DNA of 64,000 nucleotides from a virus: IMG/VR virus record IMGVR_UViG_3300045119_000180, positions 1 to 64,000 of that record; one strand, 5' to 3'. Shown piece by piece: positions 10,501 to 17,547 of this stretch (position 1 is its first letter; each line of letters starts with the position of its first letter). The notes under the pieces were generated by a model. It saw only the letters and a program-made list of their open reading frames with translations, ran no database searches and was not told where the DNA came from. The position numbers and the translations under genes were made by a program.

Positions 10501-11552
10501 ATGTCTGTCGACGTCGCGATAGTAAACGCACTAGTACCGTTACCTTTGATCGGACCGGTAAGAGTTGATGCGCCTGAGCCACCTTGCGCAACTGTAACCA
10601 ACGCGCTGTCAGTCAAAACCGTAGCGCTGGCATTAGGAAAGGTAAAGGTTCTAGCAACCGAAGCCGGGCCAGAAACCTGGAAGAAACCGTTATTTGTACC
10701 GCCGCGGCTAGCCGGAAGGAGGCCAAGCCAACCAAAAGTTAACGCCTGTCCGGAGATGCTGCCTGTAACATTACTGTCGTTTACAGTTGAAGCAACTACA
10801 GTAGACGGCAAATCGCCTAGTACAATCGTAGAGAAATTAGGCGTAGCAGTCACGCCGTTGTTATTACCAAAATAAGTGTGCGCAGGGGCCGTTGAAAGCG
10901 TGAAGGATTGAACTGGTGTAGTTGTTGGGGTTGCTACAGACGTAGTAAAAAGAGGAGAAAGGTTACCGCTAGCGAAGCTGCTAACCGAGCCTGTTCCAAT
11001 AGGAACCTGGCAAGTACCATCGCCGCGAAGAAAAGTAGTATTGCTGCAGCCAGTCCATAGACCATAAATATCAGCAGCAACAGCCGAACCGATCGCGCTG
11101 GTTCCATTGCCCTTTAGCGGACCGGAAAGAGTAATAGCGCCAGTACCACCGCCTCCAACACCAAGAGAGCCAGTAAAGCCGAGTTGAACACCGCCGCCAG
11201 CGACATACGTAAAAGTATTAGTAAGACCGTTGAAAGAAGAACTGTTAAGGAAATTGACTTGATTTTGGACAGCATTTAAAACACCGTTAACCGAAATAGC
11301 GGCTCCGCTACCGCCGCTTGCGCCAGTCCACGTACCGGAATTACAAACGTAAATGTTCTGGCCCGCGGGAACGTCCGTGATATAAGCCAGATTGCCAGTT
11401 GAACAACCAGCAGGCTTGCCGGCCGATACGCCTAGATAGACGAAATTGGCCGGCGGCTTGTTGGTAATCTGCGTATTGTAGTCAATCTTGGTCTGAGCGA
11501 GCAGCAAACCAGGAAATAAGATAGACAGCAATAAATACTTAATAGCTCGCAT
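4590..11552 (-). CDS. Giant repetitive tail-fibre/adhesin-like protein with signal peptide
   Basis: 2320 aa; signal peptide MRAIKYLLLSILFPGLLLA-Q; six ~190-aa repeats each with W..C...FLRGDG.C; fibre-type motif SPTTTTQSADDNSTKIATTAYV near the C-terminus. Confidence 0.8.
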   Translation of the reverse strand: MRAIKYLLLSILFPGLLLAQTKIDYNTQITNKPPANFVYLGVSAGKPAGCSTGNLAYITDVPAGQNIYVCNSGTWTGASGGSGAAISVNGVLNAVQNQVNFLNSSSFNGLTNTFTYVAGGGVQLGFTGSLGVGGGGTGAITLSGPLKGNGTSAIGSAVAADIYGLWTGCSNTTFLRGDGTCQVPIGTGSVSSFASGNLSPLFTTSVATPTTTPVQSFTLSTAPAHTYFGNNNGVTATPNFSTIVLGDLPSTVVASTVNDSNVTGSISGQALTFGWLGLLPASRGGTNNGFFQVSGPASVARTFTFPNASATVLTDSALVTVAQGGSGASTLTGPIKGNGTSAFTIATSTDIIALWTTGVCSSSTFLRGDGQCQTPSGAGTVTSFSAGTLSPIFTTSVATATSTPALSFSLSTAAAHSYLGNNTGSTTSPSYSSLVAADLPATTVNAVTNDTNVTGSIAGQILTLGWTSVLAAARGGTGSANFQVAGPTALRTYTFPDASATVLTTNAAVTVGQGGTGVVSISGLIRGNGVSPFTPATAADVISLWTPTCDNTTFLRGDGSCQAAGSGGLGTVTNFTAGNLTPLFTTGVTNPSTTPNLTFTLSTASANTVFGNCTGSTAAPSFCSLVAGQLPTTTVNSVVNDTNVTGSIAARALTLGWTGVLAAGRLNSNVVQSFVNDTNVTASISAQAATLGWTGTLAVSRGGIGVGTITGPIKGNGTSAVTSAVAADIYGLWSGTCSSTTFLRGDGSCAAPAGTGTVTSVSSGSAAPLFTTAVATSSTTPAISYTISAAAAHTYFGNNTGVSTSPAYVGIVSADLPATTVNSVTNDANITGSIATQTLTLAWSGLLSGLRGGTNNGFFQVSGPVTSVKTFTFPNANANVLTDNALITVAQGGTGVGTVTGPIKGNGVNPFTAAVSADIIGLWSGSCNNTSFLRGDGTCSATTGTGTVTSFSSGNLSPVFTTSVATATTTPALTFNLSTASAHTYLGNNTGVIAAPAYSSIVAADLPSTIPSSITNDVNVTGSISSQILTLGWTGILSAARGGTASAFFQVTGPSVARTFTFPDANATVLTSANLVTAAQGGTGVGTITGPIRGNGTGAFTAATSADLIALWTGTCNSTTFLRGDGSCQTTSGTGSVTSFSSGNLAPLFTTSVTTPTSTPALSFALSNASAHTYFGNNTGGTGVPGFATIVAGDLPTTTVNSVVNDTNVTGSISAQALTLGWTGLLSAARGGTNNGFFQISGPASSTKTFTLPNASANILTDAAAVTAPQGGTGLSSPTAHSLLVTEGASNFNLVTSPSTNGQYVCMFNVTGSAALDPTCALQGISIDAQTGASYIVPTTDNVTLITASNSGAQAYTGPALASNIVFSLFNINTGVVTYIPASGTVNGNATQKIPGGWFGTAYTDNSNTIMPVLPTNSAFPNCTDSAGNHLNFTASTGVLSCGTTSSAGGAYPLTVSGVTSGGVPYFSSTTVQASSGILNTNILVKGGGAGGAPTNSSVTDNGTTVTSSDTGGFAGTGFSGSSGGAAGFVTLKQGSANGHGTANFATLESPAAVTAYEWLLPASAATGIPLLTNSSSVMTQSFLTSTANGDILTGTGTTWSIFAGNASGTKFLTEDASGNMIWASGTGALLSGLSAAGASNTLANGNNPQIWNWAQTSNTQAAMTFGETSAATNGTISGLLANQSEVAVSTATASTATPLSISQGSITGTVAFPALQIASTWNNAGLTAQGIVVSATVTAAAANSLLLNLQAGASGTTSEFSVNQSGSVIAAGPYAGTGYKGTAANSVIYQGGADTATAGSGGGQGTFRGGDNTSTTASSAGGVTLLRGGDESGSTANTLFGGNVTIRGGNVTAGTGTSSTGGNVSISAGDCVGVASATSCPGTVIIDQPYFTTGTIANNDLACVTATNTVASCSGTTTGTFIGVVDSNTTNTAFISSLAAGGVHTFNATSATFTNGDFVCQDPTSANKVVDSSTVCGNGLSVGVYIGSTGTQTAPKVLMMPGQGGISTATQIAIARVGSAGLSGTAPVAIASTGVISLSGASGQIPNGATGAFTATPSLGTDNSVAGTLTLANGSAAAHTILSSGATTTNTIQGFATVPTTGRLLDCTVTLTTCLLHDSGVVTANVVNASSPGAGIAHFAGSTQTVTSSLIVAADITSGTITGTQIASAVALAGSPTTTTQSADDNSTKIATTAYVDRTVVRALGWSYGDVATGSALTTSEVGYITVPYACTITGWHIMADAGTVTIKTARVNGGTALPTVGSNSISTSGVSLSSGTKIDSTTVTDFTSTAISANDTLGFFITAVATAKQITFQIDCKQ
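7750..11200 (-). repeat. Six degenerate ~190-codon tandem repeats inside the giant fibre gene (approximate bounds)
   Basis: FLRGDGxC occurs six times, each followed by F/V-T-T-S/A/G-V, GN(N/C)xG, NDxN(V/I)TGSI and LxW segments. Confidence 0.85.
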
Positions 11553-11558
11553 TTTCCC

Positions 11559-12029
11559 TCAATCCGTTGGCAAAGCCACCGGCGATGCGTTCATCGGAAT
11601 TTCGGATGAACTGTTCTGATTGCTGGTTTGACCAAGCATTTCACACGCTTCGTCCCAGCCGATTTTTGTATGATTAGGAACTTTCTTACCAAAGCGGAAT
11701 AGGAACTCTTTCGTGTCCTTCATCTTCCACTTCATGCCACACATACAGCAAACAATAACGCGCTCGGCGTTAATGAACGTGTGCATATAAATGTTGTAGT
11801 CTTTCGCCTGCGTCCTAATACGGTTTTTGCCGCCTTTAAGATGCGTACACTTGGCTTGCTTGGCTTGGGCGTCTTCGTAGGCTGACTTGGCGTTAATATC
11901 ACGCTGCTTAGCCTTGGCGTCCAGTTGCTGTTGCTTTTGATCTTCTAATAGTGCTTCTCGAGCTTCACGCTTAAGAATCACTTCGAGAAGTTGCTGCATC
12001 GGATCTACTTTCTTAATTTCGTCAGGCAT
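11559..12029 (-). CDS. Hypothetical protein with coiled coil and Cys/His motif (head-completion region)
   Basis: 156-aa ORF with AGGAG SD; CTH...H...CxxC pattern. Confidence 0.7.
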   Translation of the reverse strand: MPDEIKKVDPMQQLLEVILKREAREALLEDQKQQQLDAKAKQRDINAKSAYEDAQAKQAKCTHLKGGKNRIRTQAKDYNIYMHTFINAERVIVCCMCGMKWKMKDTKEFLFRFGKKVPNHTKIGWDEACEMLGQTSNQNSSSEIPMNASPVALPTD

Positions 12030-12083
12030 AATTCTCCTAAAACGTGGCCGGGAATCCTTCCACGAGTAACTAGCGTTTTATTG

Positions 12084-12728
12084 TTATAGGGTCGCGATTA
12101 GAGGATCGGTCGCGTATTGACCTTTTTTGTTACGAAAATCGAATAGCGTTTGGCGGTATCTACGGCTGACCAATCCGTCAGTCGGACGGCCAAACACGTC
12201 ATGAGCCTTAGCTTCGGACATGACATTCTTAACGATTAGTTGAGCCAGAACCGTACGCCACCCTCGAAAATCTTCGCCGTTAGGCAAGCCGTGCCTGTCC
12301 AACCGAAGAACGCTATATTCGTACATAGCCGGAATCTGTAGATAGGCTACGTATACCATTTCGTCGGATTCTTTCGTGGCCGCCCACAACGCGACAGTTC
12401 CTGCCATACCATTATCAACAGTAAAGCAACGAACGCCGTTATCGCGAAGCTTCTTAATAAAGTCACGGGTGCCAATCGGATTAACTTTACGAGCGTCCGC
12501 GTTCGTAAGTTCTTCTTGGCCTTCCATTTTGTAGCGTTGGACTTGCTGGTCACTTGCTTCTTTTTCAGCCTTGAACGACTCCTGGACAAACGACTTGTAA
12601 TCGTTCGGAAAACGGTACCAATCCGGAGTGCCGTTGGCCAACATGCTCTTGATGCTTTCTCGGGTAGTGCGCAGGTCGTGGCGGGATTTTATTGGATCTT
12701 CAACTGTTACTTGCGGGGGAAGAGGCAT
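12084..12728 (-). CDS. Hypothetical virion morphogenesis protein downstream of MCP
   Basis: 214-aa ORF with AAGGA SD, positioned after the capsid gene. Confidence 0.7.
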   Translation of the reverse strand: MPLPPQVTVEDPIKSRHDLRTTRESIKSMLANGTPDWYRFPNDYKSFVQESFKAEKEASDQQVQRYKMEGQEELTNADARKVNPIGTRDFIKKLRDNGVRCFTVDNGMAGTVALWAATKESDEMVYVAYLQIPAMYEYSVLRLDRHGLPNGEDFRGWRTVLAQLIVKNVMSEAKAHDVFGRPTDGLVSRRYRQTLFDFRNKKGQYATDPLIATL

Positions 12729-13644
12729 CCTTTCCTTTACAGAGATTGCAATTCTGATTAACTAGATTTCTTTTTACGTGCCAACGTAGGTGTAAATGTT
12801 TTGCTTGATTTTCTTTCCTACTACTTAACAAACGAATTCTATCTAAATGCCCGCTATCAACCGCTTTTCTACCGCCGACTTTTCCAGCCGCGCTCTGATG
12901 CTCGGGCGTTCTTATTGACGCCAACTGGCCGCTTTCGACATTTTTTCTACCCTGTATAAGCCCTTGTTTACGCCCGCCCTTTGCTCGAGTTTCATATGTT
13001 GTAATAGAAGCTAACTGACCGCTCTCTACAGCTATACGCCCTTGAGTTCGACCGCCCCTAATAGAGGCCTCTAAGGTTCTAATAGAAGCTAACTGGCCGC
13101 TCTCTACGTTTCGACGACCACCTTTAGACTGATTTTCTTTAGTCCGAATAGAAGCTAAATGGCCATTTAATACGTTATTCGAACCGCTAGTCTTACCACC
13201 GCGAGATCTAGCCTCTGTGGTGAAAGCATCGCCGTGCTTTTTAAAACGGATTCTTCCGCCTTTCCCGACTCTCAACCGAAGATCTTCTATTTCCTCATCG
13301 CTGAGAATCTTTATAGTGCCAACCGTCTTATCTAAATTTTTATCGAACCACTCTTCTCTAGTGCGATCTTTTTTACTGTTGTTACAAAAAGAATGCGCGG
13401 CTCTAAGATTTTTAGGATCATTACAACTAGATACAGCCTCTTTCAAAGACAAACTAATATCTCTAGCAAACTGAATTAGAGGCACAGAATGATCTAGCGC
13501 GGCTAAAACCAAATCTTGAATAGGTTTGTTACACAAATCACAGATACGATTCTGAGACTCGTAACAGAACTCTAAAATATTAGGAACACTTCTACGAAGA
13601 TGTTTAGATCTATACCGGATTAACTTTTTATATTCCGAACTCAT
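12700..13644 (-). CDS. Free-standing HNH endonuclease with C-terminal tandem GGRxxVESGQLASI repeats
   Basis: CDLC...LDHSVP...NLRAAHSFCNNSK HNH core. Start moved to ATG 13644 (MSSEYKK), just after the structured leader and SD. Confidence 0.8.
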   Translation of the reverse strand: MSSEYKKLIRYRSKHLRRSVPNILEFCYESQNRICDLCNKPIQDLVLAALDHSVPLIQFARDISLSLKEAVSSCNDPKNLRAAHSFCNNSKKDRTREEWFDKNLDKTVGTIKILSDEEIEDLRLRVGKGGRIRFKKHGDAFTTEARSRGGKTSGSNNVLNGHLASIRTKENQSKGGRRNVESGQLASIRTLEASIRGGRTQGRIAVESGQLASITTYETRAKGGRKQGLIQGRKNVESGQLASIRTPEHQSAAGKVGGRKAVDSGHLDRIRLLSSRKENQAKHLHLRWHVKRNLVNQNCNLCKGKDASSPASNS

Positions 13645-13648
13645 TATT

Positions 13649-13689
13649 TCCCCCGACAAGGAGCGAGTCGGGGCGGTGTCGGCCGCCCC
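13649..13689 (-). promoter_or_regulatory. Kissing-loop SD-sequestering leader, copy 1 (before HNH 13644)
   Basis: GGGGCGG-CCGACA-CCGCCCC ... TCCT-TGTCGG-GGGA, then ATG. Confidence 0.75.
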
Positions 13690-13709
13690 TTCTCTATACA
13701 ACATCTATC

Positions 13710-15994
13710 TTACTGAATTGCAGGCACGCTGTCAATGAAGCGAATACGTTGAGTATTAGCACCAGTGGCAGGTGGAAGCGTCCTCACTGTTACTCACGAT
13801 TTAATTCGTGGGGCCGGTCATTTCTGCCGGCCTCTCATAATTTCTTTTCTTATGAGAGCAGACTATCGCATCGCCCCGAAGGGCGTTCTCTCGCTTAGTC
13901 GTTCACGGTGCTTTTCAGCTTCCGCCTTGTTCCCATTTCAGGGTTCAAGTCAATCAGAGAGAATTATCTACTAACAGATTACGCTGCTAGGAGTCCGTGT
14001 TCTTGAACGGTTTGATGGAACTTGTAGCTCGACCCGAATTTGTTAATGTCCATCAACATGACTGATCATTTCTGTCAGTCTCATACAGTTTCTTTTCCTG
14101 TATGTCCAGACTATTGCATCGTCTTTCGACGTTCTTTCGTTTAGTCGTTCACGGTGTCTTTCGACTTCCGCCTCGTTGGCATTTCAGCGTTCGAGTCAAT
14201 TAGAAAGAATTTTAAGAGGACTAATCGTTATAAAAAAATCCTCCGATCGTGGCGGTAGGATCAAACGAAGAAGGCGGTGCGTCAGACACGACTTTGCAGT
14301 CGATCGTACGCCAGTCTCCCTCATCCAAATCCGTATCTCCAGGGACCTCCAACCAAACACCGATCAACGCATAGTTCCCGAAAATATAGGTCCTATACGC
14401 CGTCTTACCAGACGTTGAATAGCTCGCAGTCGTGGTAACAAACGGAGTCTGACGAAGAACGATATTGGTACCGGGAAGTTCGATTTCCATTGTCTGGTCA
14501 GAGCCAGCAATCTTGTCGAACTTTTCCATATTGGAATACTTCCAAAGATCCACAATCGAGTTGTTGACGGTCGTGGAATTGAAAATATCGCCGAGGACGT
14601 TAGGACTGATCGTCCCGCCGTATTTGCCCTTCTTGCAAGGCAGCACGTTCTTCGAAACAAGCTGTTGCTTGAGTTCGCGGATCGTTGCCAGGTCAAGAGT
14701 AAAAGGCGTTGTCAGAAGAGCCGACTGATTCACCTGGCTGTCAACGGTCGCGGCGGAATCCGCCACGGCGCTGTACAGTTCGGAAATCGATTGGCCAGCC
14801 TGATAGCCGAGTTCCACGGCCGAATTTCCCACTAGTTCATCAATCGCGGCTGCGATCGCGAACGAGGAGAAGTTCGTATAGTTATCTTATTTTTGTTTAG
14901 GTATCCTACGTCACCGTAGGAACGCGCTCAATGTCGCCAGTGAGAACAGACTCTATCTTCACGCCGGGAGGCGTGCTTGACGTATTAGTCGTTACGGATT
15001 CAGGTTTGTTAAGAGATTTCATTCTAATATGTAACTCCATCCGATCATCCGGTGCCGTTCTAGGCAGTCGAATATATTGAAGAGCTACTTTAGCTTGTTC
15101 TCTTTTAATTACTAAATAAGGCAGAATAGCAAGAATAAATTTCTCTTGATTCTCTCGTCTTTCCATACGCCACTGATAGCATACTTTCTTTGCAAAAGTA
15201 TTTGTGCGCTGGGACAACGGACGATACGATTGGCCAAATGTTGAAACCAACCACTTCATCAATTTCTCCGATGTATTGGAGACCCCTATTTGTAAATCGA
15301 AAGCCGGATAAGGATTTTTATTCCTATCCAATATCAGCGTCTTACTTATACAGAAGTAACCTTCTCCGTCAAGTAAAGCTGCTAGATATGCTAACTTCGA
15401 TTTATCTTTAGTAATCTTCAAACTTGTCTTTCCTCGGTACTGTCTGATATGTTTTATTATCATATCAGAGTTCCACCGATATAGTCAAGTGTTTATTTGC
15501 GAGAGGAATAAACGTTAATTCCTCCACTCGCCCACCTGGGCAGGTGCCGAAATTTGCCCAACGAACTCAGGAGCGCCGACGGTGCCGTCTGCGACCTGTG
15601 CGGTACTTCCAACCATCGTGTTGTACTGGAAGAAAGTCCGATTGATGCCCATATGAAGGGGCTGAACTCGACGCTCTGCCCATGCGACGAAACCATCGGT
15701 CTCGCCTTTGCTTTTTTGTTACCCTTTCGGGGATTAGTCATTTCTGCTAATCTCTAACAATTTTTATTCTTGTTAGAACGGACTATTGCATCGCCTTGCG
15801 GCGTCTTCTCGCTTAGTCTCTCAGGCTGCTTTCGCTTGCCCCTCGTTGCCGTTTCAGGGTTCGAGTCGATCAGAGAAGATTCTCACTCTTTCAAGTGACC
15901 CCTAATTGAGGTTCGGGATGAGTTCCTTGTCAAACAGTACTGCCTGTGCGGTCAGTACATTTCCTACATTAGCTGCTGAAGGGTTTGCACCCAT
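13710..15994 (-). CDS. Major capsid protein, 340 aa, five exons: 15994-15909, 15710-15523, 14885-14238, 14034-14007, 13782-13710
   Basis: Joined exons (86+188+648+28+73=1023 nt) give one open frame: MGANPSAANVGNVLTAQAVLFDKELIPNL|KGETDGF...QVGEWN|NYTNFSSFAIAAAIDELV...DPTATIGGW|SSYKFHQTV|TLPPATGANTQRIRFIDSVPAIQ*. It lies directly after portal and scaffold. Confidence 0.88.
13783..14006 (-). ncRNA. Group I intron 4 of MCP, no ORF, about 224 nt
   Basis: Core CCGUGAACGACUAAGC...GAUGCGAUAGUCUG is very similar to intron 3; terminal G; junction GT|G restores Val. A 1-nt shift of both ends gives the same protein. Confidence 0.87.
14035..14237 (-). ncRNA. Group I intron 3 of MCP, no ORF, 203 nt
   Basis: P1 GAGGAU/GUCCUC with U.G at the splice site; core CCGUGAACGACUAAAC...GAUGCAAUAGUCUG; terminal G; junction T|GG restores Trp in IGGWSSY. 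Confidence 0.9.
14886..15522 (-). mobile_element. Group I intron 2 of MCP carrying a LAGLIDADG homing endonuclease, 637 nt
   Basis: Core elements CCGUAACGACUAAU and AAGAUAGAGUCUG; terminal G at 14886; the guide UUAUUCCUCUCGC pairs across the joined exons GCGAGUGGA|AUAA. Confidence 0.82.
14906..15463 (-). CDS. Intron-encoded single-motif LAGLIDADG homing endonuclease
   Basis: LAYLAALLDGEGYF motif and ILPYLVIKREQA C-terminal motif; lies inside intron 2. Confidence 0.9.
   Translation of the reverse strand: MIIKHIRQYRGKTSLKITKDKSKLAYLAALLDGEGYFCISKTLILDRNKNPYPAFDLQIGVSNTSEKLMKWLVSTFGQSYRPLSQRTNTFAKKVCYQWRMERRENQEKFILAILPYLVIKREQAKVALQYIRLPRTAPDDRMELHIRMKSLNKPESVTTNTSSTPPGVKIESVLTGDIERVPTVT
15711..15908 (-). 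ncRNA. Group I intron 1 of MCP, no ORF, 198 nt
   Basis: 5' exon ends in U with P1 ACCU/GGGU; P7 halves GAGACUA and AUAGUCC; GAAA/GCAA tetraloop helices; ends in G; removal restores the frame. Confidence 0.88.
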
Positions 15995-16014
15995 GTTGTT
16001 ACTCTCTACGTGAT

Positions 16015-17199
16015 TTACGCAGAGGTTCTCGAGGATAAGACTTTATCTATTTCTGCGCGGCGAAGAGGATTTCTCATCTCACGACGCATTTGTTCTCCTG
16101 TCCAAGATTTGATCTCTGCTTTGGTTAGCCCCGCGGGCTTTGCCATCGGGCGGTTGCCTGACAGTTGGCCCGGTTGAATGTCCGGGGCTCTCCGACTCGC
16201 TACCGGCGCGGGTGGATTTTCCACCTTCACTGGAGGAGCCGTCGCCACAACAACCGGCTCGGCGGCTGCAATGACAGTTGGTTGCACAGTTGGGGTATTG
16301 TCCACAACGGGTGCGGATGCTTGTTGAGGTAGAGGCTCTTTTTTAGGGACCTCTGCCATCTGGTCTTGCGACTCCGCGAAAGCCACTTCAAGATTGTTGG
16401 CTGTCCACTCTAGGTTATTGTCCAGAAGGTACTTGCCTAAAACCTCTGCATTGGCTTGACACGGATTAAAGTCTTGAACGTGCGCCTTCATGAACTTATA
16501 CGTTTCTCGTTCACGACGGGCTTCGTCTCTTGCTGCGGCTGCTTCTTGTCTTTCTTTCTCTATTTCATCGGCATTCGTAATTTTACGAACAGCCGCTAGC
16601 TTAACGGCCGGATCCTTGTCATCAAGGGCCTTAGCCGCTTCAATTTGCTCTTCTACGGAAAGAGTCTTCTTTGGCTCTTCCTTTTTATATGTCAACTGCT
16701 CTTTCTGCCGTTTCAAACGAGTCAAGGCACGTACGGCATTTTCGTACGACGTCTTAATCTTTTCGTTTAGTAGTTCTTGGCTCGGGGCTTCAAGATGCGT
16801 TGGCCGTCCAATTGGATTGCCATCTTCGTCTCTGGCCTGGAACTCAAAAACAAATTTCTTCGGCTTTGCTGCCTCTTCGGCTTCCTTTCTGGCTATTTCG
16901 GCCTTACGGGCTTCCTCGGCGGCTGCTTCGGCTTTGGCTTTTTCTTCAGCGGCAACTTGTGCGGCCTGCGCATCTGCTGCCTCTTTAGCCGCTTGCTCGT
17001 CCACGACTTCTACGGGTTCAACGGCTGGTTCCGGCTGGACCGCTTCTGGAAGGGATTCACCTAACACCCTTTCAATAGCTGTCCGCATCTCCGGATTCTT
17101 CATATGACGTCTGAGTTCTTCTGAACTCCACAGTCTTAAAACGGTTTCTCTCGTGATATTTTCAGGAGTTACTTCCGCAACTGTAATTGGGTCGGGCAT
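16015..17199 (-). CDS. Putative capsid scaffolding protein
   Basis: Ala/Glu/Lys/Pro-rich coiled-coil protein directly upstream of MCP. Confidence 0.7.
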   Translation of the reverse strand: MPDPITVAEVTPENITRETVLRLWSSEELRRHMKNPEMRTAIERVLGESLPEAVQPEPAVEPVEVVDEQAAKEAADAQAAQVAAEEKAKAEAAAEEARKAEIARKEAEEAAKPKKFVFEFQARDEDGNPIGRPTHLEAPSQELLNEKIKTSYENAVRALTRLKRQKEQLTYKKEEPKKTLSVEEQIEAAKALDDKDPAVKLAAVRKITNADEIEKERQEAAAARDEARRERETYKFMKAHVQDFNPCQANAEVLGKYLLDNNLEWTANNLEVAFAESQDQMAEVPKKEPLPQQASAPVVDNTPTVQPTVIAAAEPVVVATAPPVKVENPPAPVASRRAPDIQPGQLSGNRPMAKPAGLTKAEIKSWTGEQMRREMRNPLRRAEIDKVLSSRTSA

Positions 17200-17235
17200 A
17201 CATTCTCCATTAACTGCCCCCGTTTGGGGATTAAA

Positions 17236-17523
17236 CTACTCTTCGTCTTGTTGCTGTTTAGCAAAAGACTCTCTTACATGCCAATCTACAGAGCCGAAAA
17301 AGCTAGAACAAAAACTATTAATAGCTCTTGCGGTATTCTGCAACGACGCCAGTTTAGTCGGATAATTATCCGACATTGGATCGAGAGAAATCACAGCTTC
17401 TGTGGCTTGCTTACAGGCATCTTCGCCTAATTTCAGGAGGACTTTAAACCCTTCATGACGGGATAAATTCCCTAAATAGGCTTTTTCAATATCATCCAAA
17501 TCATTTCCTAATCGTGTTGCCAT
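17236..17523 (-). CDS. Small conserved-type protein between portal and scaffold
   Basis: 95-aa helical ORF at the typical position after a podovirus-type portal. Confidence 0.65.
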   Translation of the reverse strand: MATRLGNDLDDIEKAYLGNLSRHEGFKVLLKLGEDACKQATEAVISLDPMSDNYPTKLASLQNTARAINSFCSSFFGSVDWHVRESFAKQQQDEE

Positions 17524-17547
17524 TGGTGATCCTTTTACTTCTATTGT

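Noticed and set aside
153-10875. Many plus-strand ORFs over the fibre genes
   Set aside because: They are antisense shadows of the low-complexity Thr/Ser/Gly minus-strand genes, with no SD or recognisable motifs.
15493-15757. Track ORFs 15493-15741 (-) and 15554-15757 (+)
   Set aside because: They are wrong-frame or antisense readings across capsid exon 2 and intron ends.
13710-15994. Capsid gene as a pseudogene or frameshifted fragments
   Set aside because: Each interruption has group I core motifs and a terminal G, and precise removal restores a full frame.
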